Part shown: one piece after another, positions 28,701 through 35,539 of the stretch | Position numbering within the stretch: position 1 is the first letter of the stretch | How the letters are laid out: each line of letters opens with the position of its first letter | Origin: a virus | Virus record (IMG/VR): IMGVR_UViG_3300042892_002174 | Span: 4,331 to 68,330 of that record | DNA length: 64,000 nucleotides | Reading direction: 5' to 3' (one strand) | Program-made: the position numbers and the translations under genes | Notes under the pieces: generated by a model | What the model was told of the DNA's origin: nothing | The model's input: the letters and a program-made list of their open reading frames with translations, nothing else | The model's database searches: none

Positions 28701-31550
28701 GGCTTAGATTTGCAATTACTAGTTGACGGCACCAGCTATCCAGGTGTGCAAGTGTGGGGTGACTACTTCCTAGGCAGCGCACCAGCAAGCCCTACTCTGG
28801 TATGTACTGCTACCACTGCAAATACAAATCAAATTACCTGTGTTCAAACAGTAAGATTAGCTGTTGGCGATCCCATACGTTTTTATGGCACTGTGTTCGG
28901 AAGTATTGTAGCTGGCACAGTTTACTATGTCAACAGTATTGTTAATTCCACACAGTTCACTGTTGCTCTTGCACCTGATGGGTTAACTGTTGCATTAACT
29001 ACTGCTACCGGTACCATGATTGCAGATGTGCCAGAACCGATAGATGCTACCTATGCCAGCAGCTTTACTGACCAATATCTTGGATTACGTCCAACAGATA
29101 TCAATGTTGATGGCGGTGAATTTATTGGACCATATGAGGGACATGCTCCAGAAGAGTTAGTGAATGGATCAGAATATGACACATTGGACTTCCGAGTGTA
29201 CACTCGTCCAGGTGCAGACTGGCTTGGCCAAGGCCACGGATTTGCTATAGGTTCATACAACTATGTGTATGATAATTCAGCATTGGATTGGAGCAATCTA
29301 GTACAAAATCCTGTCAACATTGAAGTATCCAATGAGTCTACAGACACAGATCTCACCCCGGGTATAGATTATGTTGTAGACTGGGAAAATCAAACTCTTA
29401 TAGCTGTGCCGGGTGGTGGTATCGCTGTGGACAATGTTATTAATATTGCTGCTTATGAAATGGGCGGCGGCAATCAGCTGTTCCGTGGCAACTATACTGG
29501 ACCAGAAGTAGGCAATTCCGTAATAATTCCTGTAAATGCTGATGAAATTTATGAATTAGTTTTATTTGCAAATGGCACAAATGTTGCAGGTGCAACTTGG
29601 ACTGCGTACATTGAAAGTGAAGATTGGAGTTATCAAACTGCCTACGCACAACAAACTATTGTAAACAGTTCAGGATCATATTATAGAGCCTTACAAGCAG
29701 TGCCAGCAGGAACTTTAATAGATGATGTGTTGTACTGGGATGAATTTGTGCCTACTACACAGTCGTTGGTTGCATTACCTGCCACTTACGGTGTAGGCGA
29801 CGGCATATCTATTACTGCAATGGGCTTTGAAAATCCTCAACATAGTTGGAGCACAGCAACAACACAGTATCGCACTATAACTCAGTCTGATGTATTAACC
29901 AATAGCATTAACCTTGACAACAGCATGCAAGGTACCAATGTAGCCAATCTAGTGGTCACAATAAATGGCAAACGTTTACAACCTCCTGAGGGAATTGAAT
30001 GGACTGGAGATGGCACTAGCAGTAGTTTTGGGTTGCCGCAACGTGGTAAGTATCCACAATCTGTTATCAACGCCTATACCGATATTCAAGTGTGGGTAGA
30101 TAATGTTTTACAAGTGCAAAACTATGGTAGTGTGACCGGCAATTATTATGTTACCAACTATGACGGTAGTAATACCCCAGGACGACAAGTTGTATTTTTT
30201 ACAGCACCAGCTGACGGCGCACAAATTTTAATATCAGTTAGTACTATTGCACAATACACTGTGGCAATAGGATCGCCTAACAGATTGCTAGTAGTTCCTA
30301 CGTTAAACATAGGAGATCAAATTGCAATTACCAGCTGGAACGACACATCACAACAAGATCCACTAACTTTGGTATTTGTTGGTCCAGTGACCACTGGACT
30401 CACACTTGTTGAACCTTACGATAGTACTGGATATGATTATCCAGGTGTTGCCAATGACACAGCAGGCACATTTGATTTTAGCCTTGGTATTGAGATTCCT
30501 GCTAACAACTTTGATTTAGGCCGGGAAGGGTTACTAGCTGATAGATTGTGGGTTACACTTGATGGCAACAGATTGTATGCTGGTGTAGATTATGCTGTTG
30601 ACGGACAATATCTAATCTTAGGCTCAGGTATCATTGGGTCAGCACAAGTGTTGGCAGTTACTGAGTTCACTCAAAGCATTGTGCCTGATGCAATGGCATT
30701 TAGATTGTTCCAGGACATGCGCGGAGTGCAAACCACATTCCGTATCACTGCTTCGACCACAACTACACTTGTACAAGAAGTCTCTGCTACTGCTGATATC
30801 ATATATGTTACAGATGTTTCTGCGCTCAGTGAGCCTGCGTTGAGTGCTGGCATTTTTGGTGTGGTCACAATTGACGGTGAACGTATTTTATATCGTGTGA
30901 GAGATCTTGCTACAAATTCAATCAGTGGGCTGCAACGTGGAACTGCTGGAACTGCCGCAGCCACTCATTCAGTAAATGCCGAAGTGTATGACATGGGCAT
31001 TGGCAATAGACAACCACAAGTGGATCAAAACTATATTGTGAATGATACATCCACAGGTGATGGGTCTACTACAACATTCTATGCGCCAGCTATTGAGTTT
31101 GATTTGGCTGACAGTTCTTTTGAAATCAACAGCATCGAGGTTTATGTAGGCGGTAGCCGTGCTAGAAAAGGTTACTATGCTGGACAGTTTGTGATAGGAC
31201 AAACTTACACTATTGCCAGTGTTGGTAACACTAACTGGCATGCTATTGGATTACCAAGCGATGTTTATCCATTGCCGGGTGTGGTGTTTACAGCCACAGG
31301 CGTGGGTGCAGGAACAGGGGTAGCAGGCGACAGTTTGGCCAGCAACTATTATCAAGAAACTGACTATGCTCCATTGGCAATACAATTCATTACAGCCAAC
31401 GATTTGCCAGCACCAATTGCGGGTGTTGAAGTGGTTATTCTACAGCGCAGAGGCGTAACTTGGTATGCTCCGGGAACCAGTACTCCTAGCAATGGCGAGC
31501 CACTGCAACTCACTGAAACACTTGCCGCAAGGTTTTTACGTGGATTATAA
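16785..31550 (+). CDS. Giant (4921 aa) baseplate/tail structural protein (gp7-like position) with FG-GAP-like propeller repeats and many inserted modules
   Basis: Uninterrupted ORF coupled to the gp6-like gene; begins with DFLPEIFQT; contains EVKPYH and FG-GAP-like repeats (EFGYSVAMS..IGAP, QFGYSVAV..VGSP, QYGYAVS..TAP). Confidence 0.7.
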   Translation: MARVRSVDFLPEIFQTDANKQFLAATLDQLIQEPKFKKTQGYIGRTVGPGVNPNDKYVLEPNKARADYQLEPGVISVDPTDNTKILDAITYPGITDSLVYQGSPSTQPSRLYTSDYYTFDPFIDFDTFVNFSQYYWVPNGPDVVTVQSPGVALSQNFVVNRANGVYTFSGVTGNNPIINLVRGGNYTFQVAQNNKETVNYKVTRTNVTSYNIDNAPNATIVLTRGNTYTFNLFLQGDFPFWIKTAATIGTGDAYSSGVTRNGSTTGVVTFTVPQDAPDTLYYSCQSQSLMRGTISIIDAQPGDGPGFWIQTDPGISGENPSTPNISSRSVYGVTDNGTDLGIINFNVPQKTAQDFFYSLTSIGTVDLVTDLSFDDINGARLDQFIATYGGIDGITQLNTRTLVFVNASGNPATDYYDVWRIEYVTVGAFTYLSLISIQTINNLEKWTIRYGTDYSSTQWYKNQAGYIVEIPVLTAKQDTLYYQDGTDPEMFGIIRLIEQENDSTVYIDDILGKPNYTSSTGVVFTNGLKVQFLGNVSPASYATGSNAFICTNTAAGINLITTESTAGMAVGQEIIFAGTPFGGISTGVTYYVQAIFSTSQFKVSVTKNGAALTLTSANGTMTAIASQNPQYYVNGVGTAIELLPVENYITPEEYATADAVDYLTINRDSPDLNAWSRSNRWFHIDVLNATSTYNDTPVVIDNDRKAKRPIIQFRGGIKLYNMGTAAKQPVDTIDFTETDAFSNIEGSTAYSVNDYTFVNGSRVIFAADEDPVVRSKIYVVNFIIPDTVVPLITQPIINLVEAVDGEILANQNTVCLSGSQVGVTFWYDGVNWLEAQQKTAVQQAPLFDVYDANGISLSSRTTYPSSTFTGTKLFSYATGSGLADPVLQLVLKYLTLTNVGDIVFDNNLYSDTFVYVVDNASVTLPISTGFVYEYASRTVYKRSIGWQTAAVPTLMSQQFKFIYDTTPLRLDVAVQSDTVTLVPSVKIFVGSIFQDPGTYTVSTTANTTTITFNTAHVVGDVVEVEALSDQVSRAAFYQVPLNLNNNPLNANSPSFTLGTLRTHYQSICQNLTTFSGAINGANNTRDLGDIIPYGQIILQQSSPLTLAGYFMRSQQYNIFGALEYNSREYQKYKNQMLEAVTRQTIQYETASQILDIVITDITLGRTSSNPFYWSDMLPATAVFTNTTYTVSYTTSQVFDTVQIYNYTSANYLGMNVYVNDAILTRDLEYTVATDGPRINILIDLVIGDKIVIQEYSATYGTYVPNTPSKMGLYPAWRPAIIPVKTSSGEQLVILGHDGSQTPIFGDIRDEVLLEFETRIYNNLKLDNNPVPLDLVDAIPGQFRDTGYSFTEINTILETSFLTYVGWNKLDYTAQNYSVNNPFTYNYSSATNKLNGDALLGAWRGINRYFYDTQQPELTPWEMLGFSVIPEWWEITYGPAPYTSDNMNLWDDLELGLVRDPVGAYILPAYARPGLTSVLPTDAAGALLPPIDSVVGGYNAQAFQKSWTPGDGGPVEASWWNSSDYPFAAMRLLALTRPAKFFALFADRDLYKYSTEFDQYLYNGRYRLDANGVQVYGDGTSKASYINWIVDYNRITGTNSTVALETDLQNLDVRLCYRMASFSDKQYLKIYTEKSSPNSTNASLQIPPESYQLLVYKNQPFDRLIYSSVVIQVVDGGWAVFGYSTARPYFNTFTSIPVGQFETYSVAGKTIQVPANYTQNITQIPYGFVFATESAVANFLLSYGKFLESQGFEFNNQTNGYLMTWSQMVYEFMYWSQQGWGTGSLINLNPLAQGLSVFKEQAVVDTISSQTAENVILDQNRKDFPTRDLNIVRADNTFTVQPLTNQSLSFIDMRYTSFESMIVLDNASLFGDLIFNPITGSRQSRLYINGTTTTEWDGSVNAPGFILNQNNISNWTGLKTYAKGEIVKYKGAYWSAATIVQPSTKFNYNDWNQSDYTFIEQGLLANLANKADQLSNSYNINSANLIADNDLLSYGLIGFRPRQYMAALNLDDVSQLNIYREFLGTKGTKNSTDLFGQAKFNKEAADYKIYENWAIQRGVYGANANRSFFDLRLNRALLSSNPSLVQVVVPGESSTADQQILLQDVWKNSFPLTTTELLPTTTTLPTDISLPSAGYVNIDDVDITVFDLSNPESLSANINSIIDGTSVWVAKVNNYDWNIYRAESVPGAIQHVCDNLNGTSRVIFSGQHGLTTGDNLIIRFFDTEVDGVYKILSVPNLTTVNVALDLEGDRTVVDGTGIGFTLKTMRVDQASDILNLPYAQQILPGAKVWVDHNGQGLWAVLEKQNPFTDRLILAPVLLDATEQYGASVAQATNRAALFVGSPRYGFGSGTTKGAVYLYVKNYSDQYIPISPISDQDTVLTLDTTGLRGYGNAVDAGAQTFAIAGASASLGPGAQADNGYAVVLWRDPTAGAVNTSPWTQSQLLTLPGTTTTTTPGAGEFGYSVAMSLDERWLYIGAPGLNTVYAYGQVQWDNQFLQYRADGSSNTADISNSIQINNANQITVTKNGALLTLTTDYTVNASFTTVTFTTIPTAGSVINITRNFFKSFVASGATYSLSQYLFTVDNIYSFSVTVDGVLQRPSIDYTYSAGTLTFYNVPSGGADIGVTSQYYYELAGTITPSVAVIAGARFGTSVQCSTDGRQVIIGCSNDTVNTLVEAGSVYVVDRNVQKFIRQDDSSNTYTVLGTVSAPVSVLVNNAFLTNQTDSIVGADNTFSVSGNNITINKDLFVGDVIEIEINQFVQQQLITENTVAEYTNYGQSLDLCPYNCSLYVGAPQDSSIVWKGGVVERSVNQARSYGTISSTIANPSLTAGQTLRVNNVDIAVPASPNNTIAGLAAAINGGEAGTNTGAPNATAVVSTDGYLTIFVTNTDAALEGNKLQVAPGSVGTVFSALGFSTFVYTQTIASPRPTEFAQFGYSVAVDDTAINLVVGSPKGTLYSPMVFDYDTTTAKPSTTFDGNSTSFFSTVVMVLINGSYVTRSLVQSGAVYTYDYLPSNSLSVANPGKFVFGQQVETDAVSYLDQYGYAVSYNSGVLVATAPGEDFEDSTLGNFGAAYIFENSSRRLAWQPIAIQQPVVDIRLLTSVYMYDRISSAKSQFFDFFDPLQGKVLGAAQENIDFISAIDPAAYNVGPVNNRGDTWSTSHVGEVWWDISTVRFIDPNQDNPTYASRRWGQVFPGSRVDVYQWISSSVPPGSYTGAGTPYSVNSYVVSSRLNQSGTFVTEYYFWVQGLTVTASQLGKTLSIATVASYIQEPKASGISYIAPINSSTIAIYNGLDYIAAADTIISVEFDQSLTDANVHTEYELIAQGQPDAFLSDNLYRKLQDSLCGVDTFGNQVPDISLNYAQRYGVQFRPRQSMFVDRFLALKNYIQRANAVFALYPITESRSFTLLNSAEPEPESVELVNAGEFSVGQTYTINTLGSTNFTLIGASSNTVGVVFVATGNGSGTGVASYTNWNMRVANLEILGFQNIDAVPLGYKYLVVTNELNRGLWTINEVQDTNVLPIVRKLVLARVQNYDTRQYWSYINWYKPGYNPSSPITTQVPNYATLATLTVPIGSSVRVTANAQGKFEIYLRTDTGWDRVALEDGTIEISAEIYNYALGKFGFDVEVFDAQYFDQEPIIETRKIIQAINEELFVDELKIERNKSLTLMFNFILSELLAPEWLIKTSLIDVQHKVRDLVPYQNYIRDNQDFVSDYLQEVKPYHVQVREFNLTYDGADDYLGSVNDFDLPAYYNTNLTIPEYISPILLPYQHATAQAFNTLSDTASNATLWADWPYSQWFNNYLLHVDSITVTNPGTGYTIAPTITIVPADGDTGSGAVATAVVNSLGNIVSITLINSGEGYRSTPTVMFTGGNGTGVAAYPVMTNGLVRSFRTVIKYDRYQYQTSVLTWSADGTYENGTLVRYDNRVWQANSADGSSAVIGPTFNLEDWIEIDAATLSGVNRTMGFYVPGVNELGLDLQLLVDGTSYPGVQVWGDYFLGSAPASPTLVCTATTANTNQITCVQTVRLAVGDPIRFYGTVFGSIVAGTVYYVNSIVNSTQFTVALAPDGLTVALTTATGTMIADVPEPIDATYASSFTDQYLGLRPTDINVDGGEFIGPYEGHAPEELVNGSEYDTLDFRVYTRPGADWLGQGHGFAIGSYNYVYDNSALDWSNLVQNPVNIEVSNESTDTDLTPGIDYVVDWENQTLIAVPGGGIAVDNVINIAAYEMGGGNQLFRGNYTGPEVGNSVIIPVNADEIYELVLFANGTNVAGATWTAYIESEDWSYQTAYAQQTIVNSSGSYYRALQAVPAGTLIDDVLYWDEFVPTTQSLVALPATYGVGDGISITAMGFENPQHSWSTATTQYRTITQSDVLTNSINLDNSMQGTNVANLVVTINGKRLQPPEGIEWTGDGTSSSFGLPQRGKYPQSVINAYTDIQVWVDNVLQVQNYGSVTGNYYVTNYDGSNTPGRQVVFFTAPADGAQILISVSTIAQYTVAIGSPNRLLVVPTLNIGDQIAITSWNDTSQQDPLTLVFVGPVTTGLTLVEPYDSTGYDYPGVANDTAGTFDFSLGIEIPANNFDLGREGLLADRLWVTLDGNRLYAGVDYAVDGQYLILGSGIIGSAQVLAVTEFTQSIVPDAMAFRLFQDMRGVQTTFRITASTTTTLVQEVSATADIIYVTDVSALSEPALSAGIFGVVTIDGERILYRVRDLATNSISGLQRGTAGTAAATHSVNAEVYDMGIGNRQPQVDQNYIVNDTSTGDGSTTTFYAPAIEFDLADSSFEINSIEVYVGGSRARKGYYAGQFVIGQTYTIASVGNTNWHAIGLPSDVYPLPGVVFTATGVGAGTGVAGDSLASNYYQETDYAPLAIQFITANDLPAPIAGVEVVILQRRGVTWYAPGTSTPSNGEPLQLTETLAARFLRGL

Positions 31551-31568
31551 CAAGGTAAATAAACAATC

Positions 31569-31727
31569 ATGTCAACTACTATGCCAAAACAGCCAGTAAC
31601 TGTAAATTCTGAGAAAAAACAACCTCAGCCCAAGCGTCCCAACGAGCAAGGATCTTTTTCCGTTGAAGCTCATGTGCGTATTTTTGACCCAAAAACACGC
31701 GAAGTCTATATGGAGGGCAGAGCATGA
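31569..31727 (+). CDS. Small 52-aa protein resembling the N-terminus of the next protein
   Basis: Not in the ORF track; MSTTMPKQPVTVNSEKKQPQPKRPNEQGSFSVEAHVRIFDPKTREVYMEGRA. TAAATA at 31556; its TGA overlaps the ATG at 31724. Confidence 0.65.
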   Translation: MSTTMPKQPVTVNSEKKQPQPKRPNEQGSFSVEAHVRIFDPKTREVYMEGRA

Positions 31728-32347
31728 TAGAACCAGGATTGGCCCGCATTGAAGGCTTTATTAAAATACATGATCCCAACACTGGCGAAGTGCTAGTGGA
31801 TAAGAAAAACGCAATTCACTACGAAAATATATCTATTGCTATGGCACAGGCCTTGAGCAATAGATTGGACTCAAACGGGTCTAGGCTAGGAATTATCTAT
31901 TCTATGGCATTTGGCAATGGTGGCAGTTCTGTGGATCCCACGGGGGTGATTACATATTTGCCCCCAAACACTGTGGGACAAAACGCCGGCCTGTACAACG
32001 AAACTTATGCTAAAGTTGTGGACGATAATTCAGCAGCCGACACTGACCCCACAACCAATTACATGTCAGTACTGCATACTTCGGGTACTGTGTACACAGA
32101 TATTTTGGTAACTTGTTTGTTGGACTACGGTGAGCCCCCTCAACAACAAGCATTTGATAATTCAACTAACTTTAATGGTGAGTATGTGTTTGACGAATTA
32201 GGACTAAAATCCTGGAACGGCAGTTCAACTGATTTGCGACTGATTACTCATGTGATTTTTCACCCAGTGCAAAAAAGTTTAAACCGTCAAATTCAAATTG
32301 ACTACACCCTGCGGATACAGACGCTGAGCAACATAAATGCTGTATAA
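31724..32347 (+). CDS. Virion structural protein (baseplate/fibre-attachment type)
   Basis: MAFGNGG, LDYGEP, VFDELGL, HPVQKSLNR.IQIDYTLRI; located between the giant baseplate protein and the fibres. Confidence 0.6.
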   Translation: MIEPGLARIEGFIKIHDPNTGEVLVDKKNAIHYENISIAMAQALSNRLDSNGSRLGIIYSMAFGNGGSSVDPTGVITYLPPNTVGQNAGLYNETYAKVVDDNSAADTDPTTNYMSVLHTSGTVYTDILVTCLLDYGEPPQQQAFDNSTNFNGEYVFDELGLKSWNGSSTDLRLITHVIFHPVQKSLNRQIQIDYTLRIQTLSNINAV

Positions 32348-32350
32348 ATA
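32343..32350 (+). promoter_or_regulatory. T4-type late promoter TATAAATA
   Basis: Exact T4 late consensus 30 nt upstream of the tail fibre ATG; gp55-like sigma encoded in the window. Confidence 0.65.
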
Positions 32351-32379
32351 TAGAAAACTATAGGAACAAGGCGACAAAC

Positions 32380-34167
32380 ATGGCATATACAATTAATCTA
32401 ACAAACGGCACAACGTTTGCTACCATAACAGATGGTACCGTAAACACTGCCAGCTCGATGACGTTGATTGGCAAAAACTATGCTGGTTACGGCCAGTTTT
32501 TAGACGACAACTTTATTCACTTGTTGGAAAATTCAGCCAACACAACAGCACCACCTGCGCCACTTACTGGCCAGTTATGGTGGGACAGCACTAACACATT
32601 GTTAAAAGTATATGCTGGTGGTGTTGCTGGTTTTAAAGTATTAGGCGTAACCACAGCATCAAGCTCACAGCCCAGCCCTAGCATAATTGGCGATTTATGG
32701 TACGACACTGTTAACCAACAGCTAAAAGTTTGTTCAGTAGCAGGTGCCCCGGGTACATTTATTGTGGTTGGCCCTGCGTACTCTAGCGCACAAGGTACAT
32801 CTGGCGCTGTGCCAGTTACTATTAGTGATGGATCAACAGGATACATTGTAACAGGCTTGTATGCCAACAACAACTTGGTTGGTATTATCAGTGGTGCTAC
32901 AGACTTTGTGCCAGCTGGCAACAGCTCAGGCTATGCCGCAGCATTTCCTAAAATTTACAAAGGTTTCACTGTGTGGAACTCCGGCAATGCCAGCGGCAAC
33001 GTTAGCAATCCGGGCAATATTACTATGGCAGTTGCTGGTAGCGTTATTGAAACTGTGGCCAGCACAGGTGTATTTGTTACAGGAATTATCTCTGCATCAG
33101 GAAATGTAATTGGCAGCAATGTATTCACAACCGGACAAGTTAGCGCAACAGGTAACATAATTGGCGCTAACTTTATTGGTAACGTGATTCCTCCTGCAGG
33201 CGGTGCGGTCAGCACAACAGGTAACATCACAGGCGGAAACCTTATAACCAGCGGATTCATGTCAGCAGCTGGCAATGCTATAGGTGGAAACCTTATAACC
33301 AGCGGATTCATGTCAGCAGCTGGCAATGCCACAGGCGGTAATTTACGAACTGCTGGTCTGATCACTGCCACTGGCAATATCACTGGCGGAAACATACTGT
33401 TTGGTTCTGGTGTTGTGTCAGGCACTGGCAATATTATCGGCGGCAATATTTTATACGGTTCGGGCATAGTGTCTGGAACTGGTAACATCACTGGTGGGTA
33501 CATTTTTGGCAACGGTAGTCAACTGACTGGCGTGAGTGCCGCAGTGTCAGTTACAAAATTTCAAAATGGCACATCAGAAGGCAATGCCGGATCATCTGGT
33601 GGCAACATCAACTTCAACGTTGGTGGTACTTCTAACGTGATGGTATTGTCTACTGGCGGCGCAGTGGTGACTGGATTGAGCACACCTAGCATTGAACACA
33701 CTGGCACTAATGCCGTGGGCAACATTGGATCATCTAGCAGTTATTTCAACCGATTGTTTGCTACAGCTACCACAGCCTTGTATGCTGACGTTGCAGAACG
33801 CTTTGCAGCCGACGAAGAATTGGCACCTGGCACAGTGGTTGAACTGGGCGGTACAGCCGAAATTACCAGATCCCAACAAGATTTGAGTGAAAATGTGTTT
33901 GGCGTTATAAGTACTAATGCAGCTTACCTGATGAATGGTGGCGCCGGAGAAGACAACACGCATCCACCAGTTGCAATGACTGGTCGTGTTCCGGTACAAG
34001 TAATTGGCGTAGTGCGCAAAGGTGACAGATTGGTATCAGCAGGATCGGGCGTAGCAAGAGCTGCTCAACCTGGTGAAGCCACAGCATTCAACGTAATTGG
34101 TCGAGCACTGGTTGACAAGCCTACTGCTGAACCAGGTACAATAGAAGCAATTGTGACCATCAAATAA
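32380..34167 (+). CDS. Tail fibre protein with GN(I/V)xGGN repeats and a C-terminal intramolecular-chaperone-like domain
   Basis: N-terminal LIGKNYAGYG..NFIHLLEN..P..GQLWWD; 17-aa GNITGGN repeats; C-terminal YADVAERF...PGTVV...GVIST...VAMTGRVPV.V.G.V.KGDRLV. Confidence 0.75.
   Translation: MAYTINLTNGTTFATITDGTVNTASSMTLIGKNYAGYGQFLDDNFIHLLENSANTTAPPAPLTGQLWWDSTNTLLKVYAGGVAGFKVLGVTTASSSQPSPSIIGDLWYDTVNQQLKVCSVAGAPGTFIVVGPAYSSAQGTSGAVPVTISDGSTGYIVTGLYANNNLVGIISGATDFVPAGNSSGYAAAFPKIYKGFTVWNSGNASGNVSNPGNITMAVAGSVIETVASTGVFVTGIISASGNVIGSNVFTTGQVSATGNIIGANFIGNVIPPAGGAVSTTGNITGGNLITSGFMSAAGNAIGGNLITSGFMSAAGNATGGNLRTAGLITATGNITGGNILFGSGVVSGTGNIIGGNILYGSGIVSGTGNITGGYIFGNGSQLTGVSAAVSVTKFQNGTSEGNAGSSGGNINFNVGGTSNVMVLSTGGAVVTGLSTPSIEHTGTNAVGNIGSSSSYFNRLFATATTALYADVAERFAADEELAPGTVVELGGTAEITRSQQDLSENVFGVISTNAAYLMNGGAGEDNTHPPVAMTGRVPVQVIGVVRKGDRLVSAGSGVARAAQPGEATAFNVIGRALVDKPTAEPGTIEAIVTIK
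33235..33329 (+). repeat. 51-bp near-perfect tandem duplication in the tail fibre
   Basis: GGAAACCTTATAACCAGCGGATTCATGTCAGCAGCTGGCAATGC at 33235 and 33286. Confidence 0.9.
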
Positions 34168-34182
34168 TTAGGACAAGGTAAA

Positions 34183-35178
34183 ATGACATATTCAAGTGGC
34201 GGGTTAATTCAAGCAACAGACTACAACGGTTTTGTTAGCACCACAGCTGGTGCTAATGTTAATGCAACCTGGAGCACCGGAACCACTGACGGCGGGTGGG
34301 GACAAACTGCCATTTCAACTGTGAGTACCGGAGGAACTGTAACTGCTACTCAATGGGCCAGTTTGGTTAATACACTGGCCAGCATGGGCAGTCAAACCGG
34401 CACAGTAATTACTGCTAGATCAGCACCCACAGCAGGTACTACTATTAGTATTTTGGCAGCAGTAAATACCGATCTCACTAACTGCTATAACAATCGTGCC
34501 AACGCTGCTGCTGTTGGTAGCACAAGTACTACCTGGACCGGCGCTGCTGCCAAAACCACTGGTACTGGTAGTGGAACAAATGCTTGGACTGCTACTTGGA
34601 CACAAACTGTAACTTTTCCATCAGCTGATCAAGCAAGATACTTTTTTAATGCAGGCGGCAGAGTTTATTTGACCATGAACAAATCATCTACTGGTACAGA
34701 CAATGACCCAGACTGGAACACATTTATTGGTAAAGTTGGCACAATCAGTATCACTGGCATTGCTGGATCCAAAACACTAGCTGGTACTGCATACACAGGA
34801 ACCACAAGAACGGGCGGAACAGGCGGAACGCAAACCACACTGTCCACAGCCACAGGTTGGTATGCACTAACAGCAGGTGCTGCTGCTACTACCATATTCC
34901 AATTGAACGACACTGTTAGTCCATACACCGGCGATACTGTAATTGTAACTGCTGCTAAAAATGCTGGTTCTACAGTGTTAACTTTGACCACAACTTGGAA
35001 CAGTTCGGCTCGTTCGGGAGCAGGTCAAAGCACAAACATTTCTGGTGGTACAGATACTGCCTCACCATTCTCATCATACGGAACAGCACCAACTGTGCTT
35101 TGCCGATTTGTTCCACCATCCACAACTTATCTAACCAATAGCTGGGGTACACCCGCAGTGGCAAGCTCAGTAGCTTAA
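34183..35178 (+). CDS. Thr/Gly-rich virion structural (fibre-like) protein
   Basis: MTYSSGGLIQATDYN, TVTF.S..QARYFFNAGG; very high Thr/Ser content; last gene of the tail block. Confidence 0.6.
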   Translation: MTYSSGGLIQATDYNGFVSTTAGANVNATWSTGTTDGGWGQTAISTVSTGGTVTATQWASLVNTLASMGSQTGTVITARSAPTAGTTISILAAVNTDLTNCYNNRANAAAVGSTSTTWTGAAAKTTGTGSGTNAWTATWTQTVTFPSADQARYFFNAGGRVYLTMNKSSTGTDNDPDWNTFIGKVGTISITGIAGSKTLAGTAYTGTTRTGGTGGTQTTLSTATGWYALTAGAAATTIFQLNDTVSPYTGDTVIVTAAKNAGSTVLTLTTTWNSSARSGAGQSTNISGGTDTASPFSSYGTAPTVLCRFVPPSTTYLTNSWGTPAVASSVA

Positions 35179-35180
35179 CC

Positions 35181-35207
35181 TAAAGGGGCTGCTGCCCCTT
35201 TACTTTT
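35181..35207 (+). terminator. Rho-independent terminator ending the structural block
   Basis: TAAAGGGGC-TGCT-GCCCCTTTA stem-loop followed by CTTTT, just after the TAA at 35178. Confidence 0.75.
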
Positions 35208-35227
35208 CCCTGTATATCCTGTACAAT
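35199..35227 (+). promoter_or_regulatory. Putative sigma70-type promoter for the modification cluster (near-leaderless)
   Basis: TTTACT-N17-TACAAT, then 6 nt to the ATG at 35234; no Shine-Dalgarno. Confidence 0.5.
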
Positions 35228-35233
35228 CGTAAC

Positions 35234-35539
35234 ATGAACACTGACGATTTAATTTCGCACAGCCGTGCTCGCTTTGATCACGTGGCTGCCAAACGCATAC
35301 TGAAAGAGAAGTACGAAGCACGGATGATCTTTACCCATGCAGGAGGTATGTGGCGTGCAGGTCCAGAACTCATAAACATCTTGGCCACTGTGCCTCCAGG
35401 TGATGCAGTGCTGTTGGACTTGTATGAAACTCCTGTGCAAGTGCGGCCAGAAGAACTACGCAGCATGGCCATGACACGCTGGCAAGAGCAAATGAATGCT
35501 TGGTTGATAGAACACAACGAACTCAGCACCAAACGATGA
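35234..35539 (+). CDS. Hypothetical protein (possibly fibre-assembly chaperone-like)
   Basis: 101-aa ORF coupled (ATGA) to the next gene; function suggested only by position. Confidence 0.6.
   Translation: MNTDDLISHSRARFDHVAAKRILKEKYEARMIFTHAGGMWRAGPELINILATVPPGDAVLLDLYETPVQVRPEELRSMAMTRWQEQMNAWLIEHNELSTKR

Noticed and set aside
4432-35178. Bacterial T6SS or extracellular contractile injection system
   Set aside because: Linked gp55-like sigma, gp47-like nuclease, thyX, late promoter boxes and small early genes indicate a phage genome.
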